A stretch of DNA of 64,000 nucleotides, from positions 15,244 to 79,243 of the forward strand of contig JAYRXX010000073.1 of the NCBI GenBank assembly GCA_041917295.1. The letters run 5' to 3'. Position numbers and translations under genes: made by a program. The DNA is from Elusimicrobiota bacterium. Its GTDB lineage: Bacteria > Elusimicrobiota > Elusimicrobia > FEN-1173. Numbering within the stretch: position 1 is the stretch's first letter; the number at the start of each line of letters is the position of its first letter. This document shows positions 47,858 through 56,305 of this stretch, in pieces. The notes under the pieces are model-generated. The model did no database searches and was not told the DNA's origin. It saw nothing but the letters and a program-made list of their open reading frames with translations.

Positions 47858-48355
47858 TCACCTAAAATTTACAAATTGAAGGGCGATGCCGAAATCCTGC
47901 CCGCGCAGGAGAGCCATGGCCTGCTGAAGTTCGTCTTTGGATCGGCCCGTTACGCGCAGTTGGTCGCCTTGAATGGAGGGGGAGACTTTCATTTTTGCGT
48001 CTTTGATGGCGCGCACCATTTCCTTGGCCTTTTCCGACGCAACGCCTTGAACGATTTTGGCCACCTGGCGCACGGTTCCGCCTTCGGCGGGCAAAACGGG
48101 CCCGTAGTCCAGGGATTTCAGGGGAATGTTTTGTTTAACCAAGCGGTTTTGAAGAATGTCCACCACGCTTTTTAATTTCCCCTCGTTATCGGAATACAGC
48201 GTCAAGGTGTTGGCTTTTTTGTCCAGGTCCATTCGGCTAACGCTTCCTTTGAAATCGAATCGGGTGGTGATTTCCCGAAGGGCCGAGTTGACGGCGTTGT
48301 CCATCGCCTGCAAATCCACTTTGCTGACCACATCAAAAGAAAATTCCTGCGCCAT
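47858..48355 (-). CDS. yajQ: YajQ family (UPF0234) nucleotide-binding protein
   Basis: Full-length match to the YajQ pattern (MAQEFSFDVVSKVDLQ...FDFKGS...). Confidence 0.85.
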   Translation of the reverse strand: MAQEFSFDVVSKVDLQAMDNAVNSALREITTRFDFKGSVSRMDLDKKANTLTLYSDNEGKLKSVVDILQNRLVKQNIPLKSLDYGPVLPAEGGTVRQVAKIVQGVASEKAKEMVRAIKDAKMKVSPSIQGDQLRVTGRSKDELQQAMALLRGQDFGIALQFVNFR

Positions 48356-48364
48356 TATGTCCTC

Positions 48365-48784
48365 CTATTTAAGAAAGAAAACCCCCAACGTGACCAACGC
48401 GATACCCAGCGCTTTTCCGCGCGTGACGGGTTCATGATATATGAGCGCGCTTAATAGAAACGCAAACACCGGCCACGCTCCGCCCACCGCGGCCACTCGG
48501 CCGACGTCGCCGTGCTTGAGGGCCCGATAAAAAAAAGCCTGGGCCACCACGCTGGCCAATAAACCGCCGCCCATCAGGACCAGCCTGGAACGACCGTCCA
48601 TATGAAGAAACCGTCGCGGGGCTTCGGGGACCAACACAGAAAAAACGATCACCCCCAAAACCACTCCAAGCGTCCGAGCCAACACCCCGGCCATGGGATC
48701 GCTGTCACGCAACCCCCACTTTTCGAGGAGGGCCGACGTTCCCCAAAAAAATGCCGCCACCAACGCCAACGTAAAGGAACTCAT
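48365..48784 (-). CDS. Small EamA-like (DMT superfamily) membrane transporter, 4-TM
   Basis: 139-aa protein with four hydrophobic helices; one EamA domain. Confidence 0.6.
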   Translation of the reverse strand: MSSFTLALVAAFFWGTSALLEKWGLRDSDPMAGVLARTLGVVLGVIVFSVLVPEAPRRFLHMDGRSRLVLMGGGLLASVVAQAFFYRALKHGDVGRVAAVGGAWPVFAFLLSALIYHEPVTRGKALGIALVTLGVFFLK

Positions 48785-48847
48785 GGGAAGTTATTTTAGG
48801 AAATAATCAACCGGTTCGTTGGAGGGATTTGATGGAAAACCGTATTT

Positions 48848-49105
48848 TTGCGAAAATGGGGTATGCCGCATTCACCCTCATCATCTTCCTATTGGGTCCG
48901 GTTCGAAAAGGCCGGCCGCGCCGGTAAAGCGGTCACGATTGTGGGCGGACTCAACATGCACCCGGAAGGCAAAGAATCGTTGCTCGTCGCACTGAAGAAA
49001 AAATTGGGCGTGGGCGGCACCGTTAAAATCGGCCAACTGGAACTTCAAGGTGACCAACGCGACCGTCTCGTCGCCCTTCTGCCAAGTCTTCTGATTAAAA
49101 AATAA
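48848..49105 (+). CDS. yciH: Translation initiation factor SUI1/YciH family, with an atypical and short N-terminus
   Basis: VRFEKAGRAGKAVTIVGGL...LKKKLGVGGTVK...IELQGDQRD matches the SUI1 core. The N-terminus is unusual; the start may be the ATG at 48863. Confidence 0.6.
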   Translation: MRKWGMPHSPSSSSYWVRFEKAGRAGKAVTIVGGLNMHPEGKESLLVALKKKLGVGGTVKIGQLELQGDQRDRLVALLPSLLIKK

Positions 49106-49136
49106 ACTCTTTTTCACACCCCCCGACCCGCAAGTG

Positions 49137-49170
49137 AATAATTATACTCCGTCCCGTTAGGGGGTTAAAT
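49137..49170. repeat. Solo copy of the MITE terminal repeat seen at 21548-21660
   Basis: gtgaataattatactccgtcccgttagggggttaa matches the 21548-21660 arms over 22 nt exactly, plus the terminal tagggggttaa. Confidence 0.6.
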
Positions 49171-49305
49171 CCGAACCCCGCCCCCCTCCTTCGGTGTTCC
49201 TAAGGGAGGAGAGCGGGGTTCTGGAAAGACGACGAAAAAAGGGATCGAGCGACCCCGCTGACATCGTCCACGAGCGTGCGCCAAATAGGCGCAGGCGGTT
49301 GCCGT

Positions 49306-49536
49306 TTAGCGGCGAACCATTTTGGCGCGGGAAACGTCCCCTTGCTTGTCCAGGAAGTACAGGAAGCCTTTTTCTTTTTTGATGCCAACCTTCGTGACTT
49401 TCTGGGGCTTGCCGCCTTTTTTGCCGCCACGAGCCATTTTCGCCCGGGACACATCGCCCTGCTTGTCAATGAAGTAGAGGAACCCGTCTTCCCTCTTGAC
49501 GCCGGCCTTCGCGATTTTTTGTGCCATGTGTGTCAC
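49306..49536 (-). CDS. Small lysine-rich protein (76 aa) made of two tandem roughly 30-aa repeats
   Basis: KAGVKREDGFLYFIDKQGDVSRAKMARGG / KVGIKKEKGFLYFLDKQGDVSRAKMVRR. Strong SD GGGAGGTGA 5 nt upstream of the ATG. A putative TTGCTT-16-TACAGT promoter lies upstream. Confidence 0.6.
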   Translation of the reverse strand: MTHMAQKIAKAGVKREDGFLYFIDKQGDVSRAKMARGGKKGGKPQKVTKVGIKKEKGFLYFLDKQGDVSRAKMVRR

Positions 49537-49632
49537 CTCCCTGTGTATGAGAATTAAACCGCCGTTACGAGAAAGACTGTAGCATTTGCGAAAAAAAAAG
49601 CAAGGGGGGGGCTCCGTCGGTGGGGATTTTTA

Positions 49633-49905
49633 TTACCGTCGGTCGACGGTCCCGCCCGTTTCCGACGACCCGGAGGGCGCCCCGTCGGCCGCTCGAGACG
49701 CGCCGTCCGGGCGCGTGATGACGCTGTCGCGCAACCACGCGTCGATGACGTCTTTGGAAAAACGATATTGCCGGCCGATCCGCGACGCGGGAATTTTGCG
49801 CTCGCGGATCAACCCGTAAATTTTGGATTTGCCCAAACCCAAATAGGCGGCCACGCCCCGAATGTCCATGACTTCTTTAACGATCCGCTCGTCGGTGGTG
49901 GTCAT
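49633..49905 (-). CDS. Excisionase/AlpA-family helix-turn-helix DNA-binding protein
   Basis: AAYLGLGKSKIYGLIRERKIPASRIGRQYRF is the HTH_17/Xis-type motif. 4-nt overlap with the rfbD stop. Confidence 0.65.
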   Translation of the reverse strand: MTTTDERIVKEVMDIRGVAAYLGLGKSKIYGLIRERKIPASRIGRQYRFSKDVIDAWLRDSVITRPDGASRAADGAPSGSSETGGTVDRR

Positions 49906-50774
49906 GCCGTCTCCCGCAGAAAAGCGATCAACGCCTCGCGCCACGGCCGAAGGGGACCCAGTCCAACCGATTCACAGCGAACAGAGGCCAAGCGCGTGTC
50001 GGGCGATCGCCGCATTTTTCCCGGCCATTGCGACGACGGCAACGGGTCCACCGCCGCTGTCAACCCGCCCACCTCAACAATGGCCCGCGCGAACTCATAC
50101 CACGAACAGCCTCCGCCGTTGGCCAGGTGATAAATCCCCCCCGCCGAAGGAGCTTCTATTAAAGACCATGTTTTTTCGGCAAGGTCCCTTGTCCATGTGG
50201 GCGAAAAGACAATGTCGTTGACCACCCGCAACGGTTGACCGGACCGGGCCCGGGTCAACACCGTGTGGACAAAGTTTCCCCCCTTGGCCCGCGACCCCGC
50301 CGCGCCGTAAAGGCCCGCTGTTCGGATCACAAGATTTCGTGCTGACCCCAACGCCGCAAACCGTTCCCCCCCGTACTTGGAAAAACCGTACAGGTTCGGG
50401 GGAGCGGGCGCGTCGAATTCGTCGTAGGGAGTTCCCTTGAGGCCATCAAAAACAAAGTCGGTTGAAAAATGGACCAACCGCGCGTTCAACTCCGCGCACA
50501 CCGCCGCCAACCGACGCGGAGCCAAGGTGTTCACCGCCAGGGCCGTGAGGGGGTCGTCTTCGCACTGCTCGGTTTTGTTGAAAGCAACCGTGTTCACCAC
50601 CACCGCCGGGGAGACCGACCGCAGATACCGATCAAAGGCCCCCACATCGGTGACGTCCGCGTCGGCTCGGCCATGAACCGTCAGCCGGTGGCCGGGATTG
50701 GTACGGACCAGATCGGTCCCCAACTGCCCCCGACCACCCAAAATAAGAACGTCTAGGAAGCCCGTTTCAGCCAC
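49902..50774 (-). CDS. rfbD: dTDP-4-dehydrorhamnose reductase. GTG start at 50774; the ORF track over-extends to 51152.
   Basis: VLILGGRGQLG Rossmann motif, YGFSKYGGE catalytic YxxxK, RmlD fold length. Confidence 0.82.
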   Translation of the reverse strand: MAETGFLDVLILGGRGQLGTDLVRTNPGHRLTVHGRADADVTDVGAFDRYLRSVSPAVVVNTVAFNKTEQCEDDPLTALAVNTLAPRRLAAVCAELNARLVHFSTDFVFDGLKGTPYDEFDAPAPPNLYGFSKYGGERFAALGSARNLVIRTAGLYGAAGSRAKGGNFVHTVLTRARSGQPLRVVNDIVFSPTWTRDLAEKTWSLIEAPSAGGIYHLANGGGCSWYEFARAIVEVGGLTAAVDPLPSSQWPGKMRRSPDTRLASVRCESVGLGPLRPWREALIAFLRETA

Positions 50775-51784
50775 CCTTTGGCGATCAGCGTTTCGGCGAT
50801 CTGCACGGCGTTGAGGGCCGCGCCTTTCCACAAATTGTCGCCCACCACCCAGAACGCCAAAGCCCGATCGTTGAACAGATCGCCCCGGATGCGCCCGATC
50901 AAGGTATCTTCGCGGCCCGCGGCCAAAATCGGCATGGGACACGCGACACCGTCGAGGGGCGACGCTTCGTCCACCACCCGCACGCCGGGCGCCTTCGCCA
51001 GCACCGCCCGCGCGGCCTCTGCGGTGATCGGTTTTTCGGTTTCGATCCACACCGATTCCCCGTGGCCCACCGCCGTGGGAACACGCACGGTGGTCACCGA
51101 CACATGAATGTTGGGATCCAGCATTTTGTGGGTCTCTTTGACCACCTTCCATTCTTCGTTAGAATAGCCACGGTCTTCAATTTTCCAATTGTTTGCCAGG
51201 ACGTTAAAGGCGATGGGGTTGGGAAACCCGCCCAAATCGGTGATCGGTTCCCCCGCCAACACCTTGCGGGCCTGATCTTTGAGTGCGTCGATGGCTTTTC
51301 CGCCCGCGCCCGACACCGCCTGATACGTGGACACCACGGCCCGTTTCACCCCGAACTCCCGATGCAACGGCGCCAATCCCATCAACAGCACCGCGGTGGT
51401 ACAGTTGGGGTTGGCGATGATGCCCTTGTGATTTTTCAACGCGTCGGCGTTCACTTCCGGAACAACCAACGGCACGTTGGGGTCCATCCGATAGTCGGCC
51501 CCGTTGTCGATCACCACCGCGCCCCGGGCGATGGCTTCTTTGCCGAACGTGACGGCGGCGCCCTTTTCCCCTTCCGTTCCGGCAAACAAACCCACGTCGA
51601 TTCCGTCGAACGCCTCGGGCGTCGTGGGTCGAACGTGATACGTTTGACCGTCGACGACCAGAGGCCGTTCGGTGCGCGCCAACACGCGCAGTTCTTCCAA
51701 AGGAAATTTGCGGTTTTTCAACACGCGAATCATTTCGACGCCCACGGCCCCGGCGCCCACCACCGCCACTCGGTATTTTTTCAC
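50753..51784 (-). CDS. asd: Aspartate-semialdehyde dehydrogenase
   Basis: VAVVGAGAVG, active-site NPNCTT, C-terminal Asd domain. AGGAGG SD. Confidence 0.93.
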   Translation of the reverse strand: MKKYRVAVVGAGAVGVEMIRVLKNRKFPLEELRVLARTERPLVVDGQTYHVRPTTPEAFDGIDVGLFAGTEGEKGAAVTFGKEAIARGAVVIDNGADYRMDPNVPLVVPEVNADALKNHKGIIANPNCTTAVLLMGLAPLHREFGVKRAVVSTYQAVSGAGGKAIDALKDQARKVLAGEPITDLGGFPNPIAFNVLANNWKIEDRGYSNEEWKVVKETHKMLDPNIHVSVTTVRVPTAVGHGESVWIETEKPITAEAARAVLAKAPGVRVVDEASPLDGVACPMPILAAGREDTLIGRIRGDLFNDRALAFWVVGDNLWKGAALNAVQIAETLIAKGWLKRAS

Positions 51785-51871
51785 GGAACTCCTCCTTCGA
51801 TAATAAAAATCAGCGTATTATACGATGCCGACGGCCTCCCAATCAAATAACCACCTCTTCCCCCGACCGTT

Positions 51872-54800
51872 TCAGGCTTGCAATTCGACGCGGTCGGCCC
51901 CGACAATCGACTGCAATTCATTGAGCACTCCATCCGTCGGGGCCACCGCCCGTTCGGACACCAAACGAAACAGCCCGTGGGTGGGCGTATCCAATTCAAA
52001 ACACACCCGCGCCGCCCCCGGATGACCGGCGCAGACACGGTGAATCTTCCCCACCATATCCTCTTCCAGGCCCGCCGTAGAGAGACGCACCACCAACCGT
52101 TTGATAAACCGTTCCCGTGCCGCCTTGAGCGGCACCACCTCTTCCACCAACAGATTTTTATCGTCGGCCCGGGGTTCCACCCGGCCTTTGACCACCACCA
52201 TTTCGTGGGCCACCAGCACCCGGGCAATTTCGGGCGTAAACGTTTTGGGAAACACCACGCATTCCAATTCGCCGTCCAAATCTTCCAGCTTGAACCGGCT
52301 CATGGCGTGGCCGTTTTTGGTGACGGTTTTTTTCGTGTTCACGATCATGCCCGCCACCCGCACCAGCCCCGTTTCCGGCAACGTACCCAAGGTATGCGAC
52401 GTGTAACTGGACAACTCTTTGCGGTAACGGGCCAAGGGATGACCCGACAAATAAAAACCCAAAACCTCTTTTTCGTTGGCCAACAACTCGTGTTCCGACC
52501 AGGGGACCGCCGCGCCCCCCCCCGACGATCCCCGCGCCGGTTTGGCCGCCGCCACCGCGCCCATATCAAACAGCGCCCCTTGCCCCACGGAGGCCTCTTC
52601 CTTGGCGCTGGACGACCGATTCAGCGCGCCCTCGACGTCGGCCAGCAATTGCGCCCGCCACCGGCACAACGCCGTCATGCGCACCTCGGCGGGCTCGTCG
52701 CCCAACACCGGCCGAAACCCGTCGAACGCCCCCGCCTTGACCAACGATTCCAACACCTTGCGGTTCGACTGGCGCGTGTCGACCCGGGCGCACAGGTCCC
52801 CCAACGACGCAAACGGCCCCTTTTTGCGGGCGTCCAACATCGACACCACCGCGCCTTCCCCCACGTTTTTGACCGCCAACAACCCGAACCGAATCCGGGG
52901 CGCCTTTTTCTCTTCGGGGGGGCTCTCCACCGAGAACACATCGGCCGACCGCTGAACATCGGGCGGCAAAATCTCGATGCCCATGTCCTGGGCCTCGCCC
53001 ATGTAGGACACCATTTTCGATTCCACTTCTTTCGAGCCCAAGGCCGAATGCCCGATTTCCGACGTCAGCACCGCCGTCATGAACTCCACGGGAAAGTTGG
53101 CCTTTAAAAACGCCGTTTGGTAACTGACCAACCCGTACGCCGACGCGTGGCTTTTGTTGAACCCATACCCACCGAACTGAACAACGAGATCGAAAACTTT
53201 TTCGGCGATCTTTTTGTCCACCTTCTTTTCCGCGCATCCCTTGAGAAAAGTCTCTTTTTGCTGTTGCAAAATTTCCGGTATTTTTTTGCCCATGGCTTTG
53301 CGCAACACGTCCGCTTGGCCCGGCGTGTAGCCCGCCAACACCTGGGCGATTTGCATCACTTGTTCTTGATACACGATGATGCCGTAGGTGTCCGCCAACA
53401 GGGGTTCCAGCAACGGGTGGTCGAAGCGAACTTTCGAGCGGGCGTGTTTGCGGGACACAAACTCGTCCAACATGCCCGACCCCATGGGACCCGGCCGGTA
53501 CAGCGAGATCAGCGCGGTCACGTCCGACAGGGTCGTGGGTTTCAATTTGCGGAGCAAATCCCGCATGCCGGCCGATTCCAGTTGGAACACCCCGGCGGTT
53601 TTGGCTTGGGCCAACAGCTTAAAGGTGGCTCCGTCGTCCACGGGAATTTTATCGATGTCAAAACCCGGATCGTGCCGCTGACGGACCAGCGCCACCGCGT
53701 CGCGGATCACCGACAGTGTCCTTAACCCCAAAAAGTCCACTTTCAACAGGCCCAGTTTCAAGAGAGCCTCATCGTTGTACTGCGTGGTCACCACGTCACG
53801 CGATCCTTTCGCCAAGGGCACGTGCTGGGTCAGTTCCCCCGCCGCGATGATCGTGCCCGCCGCGTGGACACCGGTGTGCCGTTTAACGCCTTCCAACTTC
53901 TGGGCCAAATCCAACAGACGCTTGATCTGAGGGTCGGACTTATACACCTGCTGAAGTTCCGGCACGGCCCCCAAGGCGCTGTGAAGCGTGGTGCCCAACT
54001 CTCGGGGGATGAGGCGGGTGACACGGTCCACTTCTTGAAGCGGAATGCCCAACACCCGGCCCACGTCGCGCACCACCAACCGCGCCAACATGGACCCGAA
54101 CGTAATGATTTGCGCCACGCACGCTTCGCCGTATTTCGACCGGACATAGGCAATGACTTTTTCACGGCCGTCATCGGAAAAATCAATATCCAAATCGGGC
54201 ATGGACCGCCGTTCCGGGTTAAGAAACCGCTCAAAAAGCAGGCCGTTTTGGATCGGATCAATGTTGGTGATCGACAGGGCGTAGGCCGTCAACGCGCCCG
54301 CGCCCGATCCGCGTCCGGGCCCCACCGGAATCCCCTGGGTGCGGGCGTAGCGGATAAAATCCCACACAATCAAAAAGTAGGTGGCGAACCCCATCTTTTG
54401 GATAATGCCCAGCTCGTAGTCCAAACGGGTTTTGTATTCGGGCCGAATGTGGCCCATCCGTTTTTTAAGACCCTCCAAACACAATTTTTCCAGATAGGTT
54501 TCGGGCGAGTCGCCCGCGGGCACGTCGTAACGCGGCAACAAGATTTGGTTGAACTTTAATTCCAGGTGGGCCCGGTCGGCGATGGCCAGGGTGTTTTTCA
54601 ACGCCTGGGGAATTTCGCCGAACACCTGAATCATTTCGGCGTTGGACTTGTAATAAAATTCGGGGGCCGCGTATTTGAGCCGTTTGGGATCGTCGATGGT
54701 TTTGCCCGTGCCGATGCACAGCAACACGTCGTGGGCCAAATTGTCTTCTTTGCGGAAATAGTGGCAATCGTTGGTGGCCACCAGCGGCGCGTCGAACTTT

Positions 54801-55408
54801 TTGGCCAGTTCCACCAGTTTGGGGAACACTTTTTTTTGATCGGCCAAACCGTGATCCATCAGTTCCACAAAAAAGTTGTCTTTGCCGAAAATCTGCCGGT
54901 AGTCGTCCAACGCTTTTTCGGCTTTTTCCGGCCGGTCGGCCAACAGCGCCCCGGGCACCTCTCCTTTCAGACATCCCGACAGCCCCACCAATCCCTCGGC
55001 GTGTTGAGCCAGGATCTCTTTGTCGATGCGGGGTTTGTAGTAATAGCCTTCCAAAAAGGCCTTGGAAGACAATTTCATGAGGTTGCGGTAGCCCGTTTCG
55101 TTGATGGCCAGAATGGTTAAATGATTCGACGCCTCGGAGGGGCTTCCCGATCGGTCCAGTCGCGATTGGGGGGCAATGTAGGATTCCATGCCGATGATCG
55201 GTTTGATCCCCACCTCGGTGCACATGGAATAAAATTCGATGGCGCCGTACAGGTTGCCGTGGTCGGTGATGGCCAACGCCGGAAACTTGGCCGCCGCCAT
55301 GGACTTGATGAACTCGGACGGGTTGCCCTTATCGTCGGTCAGGCGGGCGGCGCCGTCCAACAAACTGTATTCCGTGTGGTTATGTAAGTGAACAAATTCG
55401 GGGGTCAT
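51872..55408 (-). CDS. dnaE: DNA polymerase III alpha subunit
   Basis: PHP domain N-terminus FVHLHNHTEYSLLDGA, polymerase core and OB fold, 1178 aa. Confidence 0.95.
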   Translation of the reverse strand: MTPEFVHLHNHTEYSLLDGAARLTDDKGNPSEFIKSMAAAKFPALAITDHGNLYGAIEFYSMCTEVGIKPIIGMESYIAPQSRLDRSGSPSEASNHLTILAINETGYRNLMKLSSKAFLEGYYYKPRIDKEILAQHAEGLVGLSGCLKGEVPGALLADRPEKAEKALDDYRQIFGKDNFFVELMDHGLADQKKVFPKLVELAKKFDAPLVATNDCHYFRKEDNLAHDVLLCIGTGKTIDDPKRLKYAAPEFYYKSNAEMIQVFGEIPQALKNTLAIADRAHLELKFNQILLPRYDVPAGDSPETYLEKLCLEGLKKRMGHIRPEYKTRLDYELGIIQKMGFATYFLIVWDFIRYARTQGIPVGPGRGSGAGALTAYALSITNIDPIQNGLLFERFLNPERRSMPDLDIDFSDDGREKVIAYVRSKYGEACVAQIITFGSMLARLVVRDVGRVLGIPLQEVDRVTRLIPRELGTTLHSALGAVPELQQVYKSDPQIKRLLDLAQKLEGVKRHTGVHAAGTIIAAGELTQHVPLAKGSRDVVTTQYNDEALLKLGLLKVDFLGLRTLSVIRDAVALVRQRHDPGFDIDKIPVDDGATFKLLAQAKTAGVFQLESAGMRDLLRKLKPTTLSDVTALISLYRPGPMGSGMLDEFVSRKHARSKVRFDHPLLEPLLADTYGIIVYQEQVMQIAQVLAGYTPGQADVLRKAMGKKIPEILQQQKETFLKGCAEKKVDKKIAEKVFDLVVQFGGYGFNKSHASAYGLVSYQTAFLKANFPVEFMTAVLTSEIGHSALGSKEVESKMVSYMGEAQDMGIEILPPDVQRSADVFSVESPPEEKKAPRIRFGLLAVKNVGEGAVVSMLDARKKGPFASLGDLCARVDTRQSNRKVLESLVKAGAFDGFRPVLGDEPAEVRMTALCRWRAQLLADVEGALNRSSSAKEEASVGQGALFDMGAVAAAKPARGSSGGGAAVPWSEHELLANEKEVLGFYLSGHPLARYRKELSSYTSHTLGTLPETGLVRVAGMIVNTKKTVTKNGHAMSRFKLEDLDGELECVVFPKTFTPEIARVLVAHEMVVVKGRVEPRADDKNLLVEEVVPLKAARERFIKRLVVRLSTAGLEEDMVGKIHRVCAGHPGAARVCFELDTPTHGLFRLVSERAVAPTDGVLNELQSIVGADRVELQA

Positions 55409-55511
55409 AGGGATGGCCCATTATACCTGTTCCCCCTTCGGGCGTCTAACCCCACTTGACAACACGAAGTCGCGGGGGTAAGGTTATTCCGAAATCCGAA
55501 AGGAGGACTCC

Positions 55512-56288
55512 ATGGGACGACGAGCCGCGTTGGCGGGGATTTTTATCGCAATGGGCGTATTTTCGTGGGCCACGGAAAAACCCACCGGGCAAGTTATAAT
55601 CCAGCGCGTTTTGGACCGGGACGACGGCAAAGATTCCTACGCCAAGGTGGAAATGCTGATCACCGATCGGTCCGGGATGACCCAGGCCCGTTCGATGATT
55701 TCCGCCGTCAAAGATTTCGGCACTTTGTCGAAAAGCTACATCCGGTTCACCTCCCCGGCCACCATCGACGGCACGAGCTTTTTGTCGTGGGAAGTGGCGG
55801 GCAAAGACGACGAACAATTTCTGTATTTGCCCGAACTGGGCCGGGATCGGCGGATCGCCTCGTCCCAGAAAGATTCGGATTTCGTCAACACCGATTTCAC
55901 CTACGAAGACATGCAGGAACGGGACATCGACAAAGACAATCACACGCTGTTGCGGGAAGAAAAAGTGGGCGGGTATGACTGCTGGGTGGTTGAAAGCGTT
56001 CCCCGGGATCCCAAATCCTCCCAGTACAAACGCCGCGTGGCGTGGATCCCAAAGGAGAATTATCTCCCCATTCGGGTGGAGTTTTACACGAAAGTCCTTC
56101 GCCAACCCACGAAAATTTTGACCGTCCGCCGACTGGAAAAAATTTCCGGCATTTGGACTGGCAAAGAAGCGGAAATGAAAAATTACGAGCGCAACACCGT
56201 CACTGTTTTGCGAACGTTGGAAATCAAATACAACAAGGGTCTGCCCGACCGCATGTTCACCCGCGCCTACCTGAAACAGTCCCGGTGA
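55512..56288 (+). CDS. Outer-membrane lipoprotein-sorting (LolA-like, DUF1329-type) protein
   Basis: Signal peptide AALAGIFIAMGVFSWA. LolA-like fold pattern (...YLPELGRDRRI...DFTYEDM...). AGGAGG SD. Confidence 0.65.
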   Translation: MGRRAALAGIFIAMGVFSWATEKPTGQVIIQRVLDRDDGKDSYAKVEMLITDRSGMTQARSMISAVKDFGTLSKSYIRFTSPATIDGTSFLSWEVAGKDDEQFLYLPELGRDRRIASSQKDSDFVNTDFTYEDMQERDIDKDNHTLLREEKVGGYDCWVVESVPRDPKSSQYKRRVAWIPKENYLPIRVEFYTKVLRQPTKILTVRRLEKISGIWTGKEAEMKNYERNTVTVLRTLEIKYNKGLPDRMFTRAYLKQSR

Positions 56289-56305
56289 TCCTCACCCCAT
56301 CCGCC

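Noticed and set aside
55446-56105. 219-aa minus-strand ORF antisense to the LolA-like gene
   Set aside because: The plus-strand gene has a strong SD, a signal peptide and family resemblance. The antisense frame has none of these.
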